NCBI RefSeq assembly: GCF_000711695.1
Contig: NW_013547021.1
Location: 372,001-436,000 of the forward strand
Source: Tilletiaria anomala UBC 951
Taxonomy: Eukaryota
DNA: 64,000 bases
Direction: 5' to 3'
Shown: positions 1 to 10,872 of the stretch, one piece after another
Numbering within the stretch: position 1 is the stretch's first letter
How the letters are laid out: each line of letters begins with the position of its first letter
Notes under the pieces: generated by a model
The model's database searches: none
Told to the model about the DNA's origin: nothing
What the model saw: the letters and a program-made list of their open reading frames with translations, nothing else
Made by a program: the position numbers and the translations under genes

Positions 1-13
1 CTTACTGAAACAG

Positions 14-662
14 ACTTTCGGCCGCCAATTCGGACCAGTACGTCGCCTCACGTACCCTGTACAGTCTTGCCATGGACGGCAACGCGCCTGCCATCTTCAG
101 ACGCTGCAACAGCATGGGCGTACCATACGTTGCGCTGATCAGCACCGCGCTTTTCATGGCCCTCGCCTACCTCACCCTTTCGGACGGCGGAGCAATCGTC
201 TTTGGCTACTTTGTCTCGGTCGTCACCATCTTCGGCGGGCTCACGTGGATCTGCATCTTGATCTCGCACATCCAATTCATGAAGGGACTCAAGGCGCAAG
301 GCATGAGCCGTGACGATTTGCCGTATAAGGCGCCTTTCCAGCCGTACGGGTCTTACATCGCCGTCTTCTTCACCTCGCTCGTCGTCTTTTTCAAAGGCTG
401 GGACAGCTTCATGCCTGCGTTCCAGTACAAGAGCTTTATCACAAACTACATTGGCTTCCCAATTTTCTTCATCCTCCTCTTCGGCCACATGCTCATCAAA
501 CACACGTCTTTCATCAAGCCCGCAGACATTGACCTCCTCACGGACGCGCGCGAGTTCAACGAAGAGGATGAGCTGGCTGCCAAAGAGGACGAGGAGCGCG
601 AGGAGATGATTCGCCGCGCGCCGCTCCACAAGAAGATTTGGTACAAGCTGCAAGATTGGTGA
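14..662 (+). CDS. Amino-acid permease (APC/YAT family, Dip5-like), last exon only; gene begins upstream of window
   Basis: After acceptor CAG at 11-13 the frame reads LSAANSDQYVASRTLYSLAMDGNAPAIF..GVPYVAL..FGGLTWICILISHIQF..LPYKAPFQPYGSY..FITNYIG, typical yeast amino-acid transporter TM8-12 motifs; stop TGA 660-662. Confidence 0.9.
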
Positions 663-816
663 TCGTTGCAAACATTTTTACTGCACGTCATATTGAGTTC
701 CCTACTGCTTGTTGTAGAATAGATCTTGCGCATCATGCTCAAGCAATCAAAAGTGTGCGAGGGCACATGAGCTAAAAATTCTGTTGTGCTGAATGTGTAC
801 CAATGCAGCGCGCGCT

Positions 817-1516
817 TCATATATCTTTATCAACCACGGAAACGGCAAATAGACGTGGTTTTCGCTCCTTTCTGCCCCCCGGAGATGTCGAGGGTGACTC
901 GGCTGGAAAGCATTCCTCGAGCTTGTCTGAGATGAACAGTCCACCGACGCAGCCGGCTGTGAATGCGAATGTAAAAGAATAAGGAGCCGTAGAATACACA
1001 ACGGGATTATTTTTTGTATGTTCTCACCGCCGAAGATAGTCCCAAATGCCATCCTTACTCTCGGTGGCAGTGCTTCAGGCGACAAAAATGTGCCGAAAGA
1101 AGAGTTGTCAGGTTTTATGATGCTCGTGACTTCGTCTTGTACGCTTCCTCACCAAGCCAAGACTGCCATATCGACTTCTTCGTCCCACCCTTTCCGCCTT
1201 CCGGCCCTCCTTCGCCCCCATCAGGACCATGGGAACCAACGCTTTGCGGATGAGACCGAGACGAAAGTGGAGACTGCGGCCGTGGAGGCGCAGGCTTTGA
1301 CATGGGTAGCTGCGGAGAACTGGAGTGGACATGAGACCTACTGGAGAAGGATGATGACGAGCTCGAGGCGCCAGTACGAGATAAATTTGCGAGACGCCTG
1401 TGTATTACGGATGCACGGACTAGTGCTGAGTGGAGGACAGGCTGGCCGCTGTGCAGGATGGGCAGCCGGCTCGGCCCGGCGTGCGAGGCGAGGGCCAAGA
1501 CTAGGGAGGCAGCCAT
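817..1516 (-). CDS. Small hypothetical single-pass membrane protein, possibly mitochondrial; 3 exons
   Basis: Three ORF-track fragments join in frame via GT..AG introns (~1152-1076 and ~1027-957): MAASLVLALASHAG..KKSIWQSWL/ALPPRVRMAFGTIFG/AGCVGGLFISDKLEECFPAE..RLFAVSVVDKDI*; Arg/Ser-rich N-terminus. Confidence 0.65.
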
Positions 1517-1928
1517 GTTCTCTGTCTCTTTTGCACTCCTGCTGAGCCCCAAAGGACCGCTTCGAGCACTGTTGAGGGACACTGCAGGCAGTGCGTGAGT
1601 GAGGTACTGACAAGGTAGTACTTGGCTCCTTGCTATGGGAACCAGAAGCAGAGTCGCCTCTGCCAAAAAGCTGGAAGCTGGGTGAACTACACGCTCTCGC
1701 TCCTCCAAGCCTGCGTTCCGCTTGCTCGAAAAGCGACGCGTGTGCACTGTGCAGCTCACCATGAACACACTACATGACTACAGGGTCTCGCTGAGCCCGA
1801 CCAAGCCAGCGGTTTCGCACAACATCACCTTTAAAGCTGGTCGATTGAGCGCTTGCTGCATCCTCATATTGGCCGCACGCAAAGCTACGAAAATCGGGGA
1901 GATATCAAAAGGAAGTTATCTACCCACC

Positions 1929-2907
1929 ATGTCGCGACGCTATGATTCGCGCACGACCACCTTCTCGCCAGAAGGGCGGCTGTTCCAGGTCGAGTATGCC
2001 ATGGAGGCCATCTCGCACGCTGGCACATGCTTGGGTATCCTCTCCAAGGACGGGATTGTCATCGCGGGGGAGAAGAAGGTTACAAGCAAGTTGCTAGAGC
2101 AAGATACCAGCTCAGAAAAGATCTATGCGCTCAGCGAGTGAGTACCCAGTTGGAGTGGTAGTATTCGTCATTTGGACGCGAAAGAGCGCCCCGCCGCCCA
2201 TGCTGATGCATCCTTCTCCTGTGCGATGGCCGCAGTAACTGCATCGCCGGCGTAGCGGGGATGACGGCAGATGCAAACTCGCTCGTCAACTACGCACGCA
2301 ACCAAGCGCAGGTCTACCTGCGGTCTTACGATGACGACATGCCCATCGAGCAACTCACGCAGCGGCTCTGCGACCTCAAGCAAGGATACACACAATACGG
2401 AGGTGAGCTGTGCATCCTTTTCTGCAGGTCTGCTCAGCTTTTAAACTGATTGTGAGGCTGCCTTTGTGCCCAGGTCTTCGGCCATTCGGCGTCTCCATCT
2501 TATACGCTGGCTACGACCCGCACCACCAGTTCCAGCTGTACCACTCGGATCCCTCAGGCAACTACTCTGGCTGGAAAGCGACTTGCATTGGCAACAACAA
2601 CGGCACCGCTACCTCTCTGCTAAAGCAGGACTATAAGGAGGACATCAGTTTGCAAGATGCGATGGGGCTCGCACTCAAGGTGCTCAGCAAGACGATGGAC
2701 AGCACCAGCCTGGACAGCGAAAAGCTCGAATTCGCGACCATGTCGCTAGACAAACGAACAGGCAAACCACACGGCAAGATCTTCAGACCGAAAGAGATTG
2801 ACGCGCTGCTTGAGAAGCACGGTCTCGCGAAGCCAAAGGAGGGTGAAGCCTCGGGGGGGGCATCAACTTCCACCACAGCCGCCGCCCCCATGGTTGTTGA
2901 CTCGTGA
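1929..2907 (+). CDS. PRE9: 20S proteasome subunit alpha-3; 3 exons
   Basis: [72 protein letters not shown]; introns ~2138-2235 and ~2403-2473. Confidence 0.97.
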
Positions 2908-3028
2908 TCCATCACATTGTATTCTTGTTGCAATGCGAGCGAGGTACGTAACAGCATGTCGCAATTCATCACAGGTGCTATTTGCAATTGGCAATGGTCG
3001 ATCAGGGCCGAGCACCGGAAACGTGGCA

Positions 3029-4096
3029 TCATCGCTTCGGCGGCATGCCCTGGATAGCAGGCTTCCGCGGCAGAGCGGCGTGCCCTTTCAGAGACGCAAT
3101 GCTGCTTGTTGAAGGCGTGCTCCTGTTCCTATGGCCTGTTGATGATGCTGGAGCCGAGCCAGTCGTGGTCTCGCCCTTCAGCGCAGCGAGCTTGGCCTCC
3201 ATTGCTGCGATCTTGGCATCGACGCTGAGGCATGGAGAAAGAAAGAAAGACACTGAGCGGTGTTCGGTTGGTTCAAGAGACGCGATTGGAGATCTCACCC
3301 TTTCGGCCGTGACGCGCTCTTGATGAGACTAAGCGTTGTAGGTAGGTGAGCGTCGCTCTGGTCCCTATGATGCCTGTGCGGACCAGTTCCAGAGCCATTG
3401 TGTCCGGAGTCTTGGTAATTATTCTGCGGGAAGGGAAGAAAAATGAAGAGGGGACGTTTTCAGCGAAAAGACTCGCAGAGAATCGCATTGGCTCGACTCC
3501 GTTGTTGGTAATCGAACACGTACTCACGACATTGGCGAATGTGACGATGAGCTTCCTGCCTCGCAGTGTATGATCGTGCGTGGCAGTCAAGGCGTGCAAA
3601 GCTTCCTTGCAAGCCCGCACGGGGAAGATGAAGAGACAGGCGGCGAGTATATACGCCAATCGTGCGGGATATGTCAACTTCGGATGAAGCGGTGTGAGGG
3701 AAGATGAAGCAAGAACGTTGAACACACCTCAGGCTTTGCGTATTCGATGAAAGCATACCCTCTTGGCTTGCCTTTGAGGGGACCAGTCTTGTGAAATAGA
3801 AAGTCGATCTTGGACAGCTTGCCGTACTTGGAGAACGTAGTGACGAGCAGGTACTCGTCCACTACAGGATGCAAGTTCCCCACATACAAGCGCCGACTGT
3901 TCTTCGTGCGCTGTGTCGCTGCTGCTGATTTGGACAAAGATGGGATCGAAGTTGCGCGAGGCGACGATGCTAAGCTCGAAATTGCATCCAATGAGTCTGC
4001 ACTTGATGAGGCGTTAGGCCGAGATATGTACAACTCATAACTCGACTCGTCGCCCATCTTCCTCGCAGACGACGAGCTTGTGGCTTCCTGACTCAT
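3029..4096 (-). CDS. Single-RRM RNA-binding protein, RBM18-like; 4 exons
   Basis: RNP2 LYVGNL, FLFHKTGPLKGKPRGYAFIEY (RNP1), LRGRKLIVTFAN, PTTLSLIK, C-terminal DAKIAAMEAKLA; start could be a slightly downstream Met. Confidence 0.85.
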
Positions 4097-5601
4097 TCTG
4101 CGCAACGTCTGAAGGTTGTCAGGACGGATATTCGACAGCCGCGAATATGGTGTCGCAAATCGCACGAGGTTCGCCGTGTTCTACAGCACGTCCTGTAGGC
4201 GTCTTGCCAAAAGACACCGTGGGTCTTGCAATAAGTGTAACAATCCTCTACCCTGTGGTAGAACTGGATCTACCAGCGTGCCGACCTGTTCACACTTGTT
4301 TGTTGGCGTCGCATCCCCTTTGATCATTGGCAACCCGCTGCAAGTAGCCCAGACAGATCCGATCGAATTGAATGCTGACCCCCCAACACCGAATTGGTGG
4401 AGCGAGGGCGTCAGCAATGCGACGGACACCAGCTGAAATACTCAGTATCGATGGCCCCAAGTCCAAATGTGTTCCTGTGTCGCTTTCTCCAGTCAATGTT
4501 TGATCACCAGCCGTTGACCAACTAATTGCCGATGCTATGTACTGGTACATAGTGTAGACGCGTTCAATTGTGAATGGTACGGTGGTCCATGCGGTGGCAG
4601 ACTGTGGGTGGATGTTGTGGACTAGAGTGTTTCCTCATTGTTGGATAGAGTGCCGTCGAGTGAGGGTGTCGTCACAGTGGCGAGTCGTGGCCTGGTTCAA
4701 CCTCAGCCAGCGGGGGTGTGGAAGATTGCTGTGCCTGTGTACTCGGGCTGGATCTTGACTGCAAGAAGCGAAGCAGATGACACCCCCGAACAGAGGCTGA
4801 GACTCTCTCGCCTCGTGCCGCGTCGGATGGCTCCCCATCCTCCCTCGATATGGTCACAACGTCGTCCGCAGGAGGTCTCTAGCCTATCCAATGCTACATA
4901 TACATATCCTTTGCTCTTACTGTCTCTGCATTATCAGCCTCTGTCTGCACTTCCAACAACCGATATCGCTCGGAAGGGAAAGAGCAACGCTTCGCCTATA
5001 CGCATCTCCAAGCCATTGCTCGCATTCTCGCTAGCTAGCCCGTCCCCCGAAGACATCCCGTTACGACGCGATCAACTTGCCTGTCGCGCTTTCAAGCAAG
5101 GCTTAGCACAAAGGTGGCTGCACAGCTTTCTCCATCCACACCTGTCACAAGCCCAGCCGATCACTCTGATCACCACATCTGAAATCAGATTCACACGTCT
5201 CAAAGGTTCAACCTGGCCACGACGGAAACACTTCTTCGGTTATCGTGCGATCTCACCAAGGCAAGCTTCACGACTGCACTGCTTGCTTTCTCATCATCAC
5301 ACCACGCGACCTCCTTATATCAATACTCAGAGCGACATCAAAGCCTCCACAGCCGTTAAGCTCTTTCCACGGTGTCGTGTACTTTTACATCCGCGTCTGG
5401 CGTAGCACGTTACACAGTGTGGCCAAGTCCATCAACCCGAGTCAACTCTCCCGTCTAGCCTTTGGCGATCAAAAGAGACCCTGACGGTGACTGCGGAGCA
5501 CGTTGGTCGGGAAACCAAGCAAGGAAACGGATAGTATCTGCAGCTTTTTGGAACCGCCCATCAAGAGGAGAAGCAAGAGGCATCGGAGTATTTCTTTCAT
5601 C

Positions 5602-6538
5602 ATGAGTGGAAAAATGATGATTTACAAGCTGGTGGTGCTGGGAGATGGTGGTGTCGGCAAGACAGCATTGACTATTCAGGTGAGTGCTTCGCCGATGCTA
5701 CTAGCACGTCATACACGATCAAGCGTGAGCGTGTGGGCTACGTGCGACGCAATTGCCGTATATGTCTTGCGAGACTCGCGCAGGTAGCTCCTAGCGAGGG
5801 AAGGGTGCAAGTGCTTCTGAATGCTTAAGAGGGGTCACTGACCTTGTCGGAATGCTTGTCCTCCTGCCTCTGCACAGCTGTGTCTCAACCACTTTGTGGA
5901 GACATACGACCCGACGATTGAGGATTCCTATCGCAAGCAGACAGTGATCGATGGACAACCCTGCATGCTCGAAGTACTAGATACAGCAGGACAAGAGGAG
6001 TACACAGCGTTGAGGGATCAGTGGATTCGAGAGGGGGAAGGGTTTTTGCTCGTCTACAGCATCGCTGCACGAGCAACGTTTGAGCGAGTTGAGCGGTTTC
6101 GGGCGCAAATCTCGTGAGTCGGACCTGCATCCTCGCCTTCCCCCGGTTGCGCGTGTAAGCCGCTTAACTACAATATCTCGGAATGCTGTCGCAGTCGGGT
6201 GAAGGATCAGGAGCCATCAACTGTGCCAATCATGCTTGTCGGCAACAAGTGTGACAAAGTCAACGAGAGGGAAGTGTCGCGAGAGGAAGGGCAAGCACTG
6301 GCAAATCGACTTGGCTGCAAATTCGTCGAATCGAGCGCAAAGACTTGCGTTAATGTCGAGAAGGCGTACTTTACCGTCGTGCGGCAGTGAGTGATTCTGC
6401 AGCCACCCACCATGTTCTATACGGAGCTGTGGCTGACTGGAGGCAATGGGTTCGCACGGAAGGATTCGCGAGCAACGAGGAGAGACAATCAAGGCGAACA
6501 CAAAGTCAAAGAAGAGCAAGAAATGCAACATCCTATGA
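5602..6538 (+). CDS. ras2: Ras small GTPase (fungal Ras2 clade); 4 exons
   Basis: [64 protein letters not shown]; spliced C-terminus [11 protein letters not shown] (polybasic + CaaX). Confidence 0.97.
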
Positions 6539-8007
6539 AGAGCTCCAGTCCTTTCCCGCCCCGACTCATGCTGCGTACACGCAAACAGCACCATGATACA
6601 CCACCACGACTCAAGATATCCAGCAATCGCTCCACTCTTCTGTTTCTACCAGTGTCGCACTTTTTGACGCTCTCACTTTTGACCCAAGCACAACAGTCCG
6701 AAAGCACGCATATTCGGGCCCCCTCCCCCACACCCAAACACGCACACACCCCACACGCTCGTCCTTCCAGTGCTCGTGACGTCAGGAGCGAACGCAACGC
6801 ACAGCTCGTGTCTTATCGAGCAAGACAACTGATGGGACGTACGATGGCTTGGCTTGGATCGATCTCATTGGCCCGGACGGAAGGATGTGGACAGCTCGAG
6901 GGTAGCCTGGGACTTCCAAGCAACGGTACTCAAGGCAGAGATACATGTTTCCATCCAGGGCCATGGCTTTAGCAATACCACCCATAAACCTTGCCATCTC
7001 CTGTCTGTCTTGATTCCCTTGGTCGGTGGCCAAGCATGAGCGTGACTCTACGTCTCACGCTGCTTGTGCGCCGCGTGCTGCGTAATTGCATGTACATGTC
7101 CGTCGACATCAATGTGCCAGGAGTATCTACACATGTGCTGACATGAAGCATTGGCGGGCTTTCAAGCGCTTTCCAACGCAGTTTGACCCTTAACAGCAGC
7201 GCGAGCGACTGTTCCATATGGAGGAAGGAGGTCAAGAAGCCGGGCTTGACGGGTGGCTAAAAGGCGGACACATGCACATTCTGTGCCTCAATACTCAATA
7301 TGGATGCCCAGCATCATTCACCAAAGTTCCGGGTTACCATAATTCGTTGGATGTTCCTTTCAATTCATGATTGTTGGAATCCGGCGCTTTGTAAAAGACT
7401 GCAAGACTGAGGCGCTAGAGAAAGTGGTACTGCGGTGATGATAGGACATCTTTCCCTTTATTGTCCAACTGGGATCCATTACAACGAATAAGAGCCCCCA
7501 GGCGACCACTTGGGCACCTGTTTTGGTCACTGCAGCGCGCAGTTCTTGCTGTCCGTGTAATCTCAGATGATTACAGCTTGCGGGAACAGCGTGCGACTCA
7601 AATGAAGTTGAGTTTTTGGTGGGCTAACTTGTGTCTTTCCACATGGGATCCAGGTGACATGCTGGAATGGGGATGGGGTCAATGTCACGTGAGCGCGTGA
7701 GCTGTACGGAAGGTCGCAAGGTCAGAGTTCACAAGCCCACAGGCCACATCGACCACCGCACCATACGTCCACATGTCTCACGATTTCCTCGCCCCATCTT
7801 TTCGATGACGTCTCCACGCTTGGAATGAGCATATTCATCGATTGGTAAAGTATCGTCCTGGCCTTTGGTCGCGCTGGAGCCGTCCAGGGCAAGGCAGGGA
7901 CTCTCCTGTGACAGATATTCTCTTCTAAAAAGCTACGCACTCGCGCCTCAGCCCGGTTTCGCGCGCAGCGATCAAGAGTGGGCCGAGAGTGATTCTTCGC
8001 AGGAGAT

Positions 8008-8886
8008 ATGTCACGAAGGCATGCGGCCGGTGTGGCGGACCGCTATGCCCTTTTGAACCCATCAGGAGGTGGAGCTGGACCGAGCGCATCCTATCCGTCC
8101 TCATTGCGCTCTTCATCACCTTTCGAGCAGCCGTATGGCGGCAGCAATGCGTCATCCTCAGCAGCGGGGCCGTCGCGATACTATGCTGGCGGCGGGGCAA
8201 GCTATCCCGGCAGCGCTGCACACTCCGGGAGAGGGACACCAGATTATTCTGAATACGGCGCCCCGAAGAAAGAAAACGGATTGCCAGCGGGTCCAGGACT
8301 GATGAGTGGAGCGCTAGGAGGCGGCAGCTGGGGGTCATACGCGCAGCAGCGCACAGCAGAAGATCTCGAGGAGGGCAATGACATCCGTGTGGAAGGCCTG
8401 AGTGCCAAAGTGAAGATGCTCAAAGATGTGCGTTCAGACCGCTTCTTGCCACATCAAGTATGCTTGGCTGACGCTCCAGGCTGCTATAGATTACCATTGG
8501 CATCGGAAATGAAGTACGCGACGGCAATGCTGACTTGTCTACGCTGGTTCGTTCAGCCGCAGTCTCCTCCCATCTGTGATGACGGCTCTGAAATGCTGGT
8601 TTGCCCCAATTTTGGCGATATATTACTTGCAGAGCGATGCTTTTGAGACCACAACCGCCTTTCTGGGCAATACTTTCCACCGCATGAACAGAATGGCAAC
8701 ACGGCAGGGTGGCTGGTGGTGCAACATGATGATATTTCTCATAGTTGTCATTTGGATTTTCGTGAGTGCAAATACTGTCATGGGACCCGAAACGAGGGTT
8801 GTCGAGGCTCCGGCTCGCTTCGAATCCATGAATGTGTTCACATCTTTGCTTATTCACAGGTCCTGTTATGGTTCTGGCGGCGATAG
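8008..8886 (+). CDS. BET1: ER-Golgi Qc-SNARE, Bet1-like; 4 exons
   Basis: AEDLEEGNDIRVEGLSAKVKMLKD/ITIGIGNEVRD../SDAFETTTAFLGNTFHRMNRMATRQ followed by tail anchor WWCNMMIFLIVVIWIF/VLLWFWRR*. Confidence 0.88.
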
Positions 8887-9502
8887 CAGCGCTCTGCTAC
8901 GCAACGCACAATGATTCATGGTTCATCTGGCCTGAATACGTGCACCTTTACTCTGATGAATGGACTCCAGACCTTGGTTTCTGGGAGACTCCCTTCAACC
9001 TGAAAGCACATTCGGAGACTGCGACTAGAGGTGTGGTTTGAGACTTCTTCGGCTCGTCTAACATATCTTCTCACTGTTGCTGAGAGTGAGAACCCCCGAT
9101 CAGGGCCGCTCATCTCGCTTTAGCGGAGCGGGGTTTGATGTTGAGAGCGAGCTTGCTGCTCATTCTGGTCCATTGCTGTGGAAAGAAGCACCTGCGTGCT
9201 CAGGAGCGAGAGCAAGATTGATCATATCAATTTCTTTCTTTTCAATGCGCCAGCGTCCATCTTATCAATTCTTTTTCGCATACGTCAGCGGGTCGTCAGG
9301 CATTTTGCATCTGGCAGCCTCAGAAAGTTCAACACAGGTTGACGTTCTTCGATGGGTGAGATGAAATGTACACCGCTGGCGGAGTTGATTCCAGCCTGAT
9401 TTAACATCCCAGGCTGAAGGCCATTGAGCGGCACAAACTCCCAAGACCGCGGCGAAACTAGCGTCTGATATCAGGCAGCTAAGCACCTTGGTGTCGCCCA
9501 AG

Positions 9503-10663
9503 ATGTTGGCCAACCCAAATATCGACATCGATTGACCTGGACAACAGGGGCTCGTGAGCGGCGGTACGCAAGGGATTGGTGCAGGATGCGCCTTATTTTA
9601 CCACCGCACCGCTAGTGGAAAGCTGGTGTAACAACCTTTGTGTGATTTTGGTCTTGACAGCATCGCACTGCGACGCGCTCCTGCAGGCGCGTCCGTGTTA
9701 ATCGTTGGGCGCTTGGAGGCTAAGGGGAATGAGGTACTACAGATGTTGCGCAGTGCATGAGGTCTTCGTGCCCGTCGAAAGCACCAGAGAAGGCCCGGTG
9801 ACAAGATCGTCCCTTCCATCGGCCCATCATGCGGAAGCGCTGAGGCAGCAGACTGTGACGGGTTTAAAGCGGACCTGAGCGACGCGCATCATATGAAAAG
9901 GGTAGTGCAGCAAGTAAAAGAGCGCACCCATTACTAAGGAGTCGATCGCTTGATCCAGACCCAAGGCGGCATCTCCTTGGTGCCCTCGAACCACTGCCTG
10001 TCAGTGGCATCGAGAAGCACTTTGCTGCGCAATGCCTCTCCCGCTTCGGACGCGCGCACCTTCTCACCTCCCAGGCTTTCCTCAAGAAGTCCGTCACCAG
10101 TGGCTGCGCACCGTCTCATGGGAGCAAGCAGCCGCTGAATGTCGATGATCTGGGATTACTGAAAGGTAAAGCCAGTATCAAGATATGAGATCGCGTCATT
10201 CTTGGCATCCCGTGCGAGGGCCAGCGGGACACAAGCCTTGTAGATGCATTCTCACAGCTAAGGGGTTCATGCTGCATTGAACTACCCGCATGCCTTCGTT
10301 GAGGTTGGATCCTTTCTTCTTACCTTTGCGCATAGAAATTGGCCGAAGTCTTTCAAAACCTTTCAGCGGTGCACATATTCCCCAGTGCGGTCGCAACGAA
10401 TGCGGGTGTCAACAACGGAATGCCACAACCACTGATCTAGCTCTGCTCCATCTTCATGCCACTGATCGCATGCAAGGCGCGTCCGGGGGTATCAAAAAGG
10501 TCCGTTCTACCTGATGAATCATCCCAAGGGCCTGCGGCACATCCGGCTCGGTCAGGCCAACTTCTTCGGCTCAAAGTTGAAGCGATCGGAGATCAGTCTC
10601 AATGTCCAAGACAGGAACGTACGTGAGACGATCTGGGACAAGTTGGTCAGCCACTTCAAATAG
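9503..10663 (+). pseudogene. Short-chain dehydrogenase/reductase (SDR) pseudogene
   Basis: Remnants GLVSGGTQGIGAG (Rossmann motif), IALR..AGASVLIVGR, FKADLSD, GVDRLIQTQGG, P.AVATN, VRETIWDKLVSHFK*; in-frame stops at 9533, 9758, 9935; apparent GT->AT donor decay at 9586; not present as an ORF in the track. Confidence 0.75.
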
Positions 10664-10872
10664 TGAGTGCCCATTGCACGAACGACGGATGCCGCATCAA
10701 TACTGCTTTGCTGACTACCCGTGCATGAGAGGACCTTTGTACAATGTTTGAGACTTGGCTGTGTGGTCCTTGCTGCGATTACTTCGAGGACGGTTACGAC
10801 GATTCACTAAATTATCACTCGCTTGGAGGTCAAGTCTGTGTCTGCGCCGCAACGACTTCTGAATTTCTCTTT

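Noticed and set aside
48..671. 207-aa minus-strand ORF and the many similar antisense/alternate-frame ORFs over HEM4, SOD2, CDC24, KAP95, FRE and the kinase
   Set aside because: Shadows of GC-rich codon usage in well-supported genes on the other strand or frame; no independent motifs
1722..1928. In-frame N-terminal extension of PRE9
   Set aside because: The conserved alpha-3 N-terminus MSRRYD starts at 1929; the upstream region is a shared divergent promoter/UTR
4638..5405. 255-aa plus-strand ORF upstream of ras2
   Set aside because: Non-ATG start, no domain-like content; better explained as promoter/5' UTR
8952..9003. TGATGA...CTGA resembling a C/D-box snoRNA in the BET1 3' region
   Set aside because: Only ~50 nt, imperfect C box, no recognisable rRNA guide
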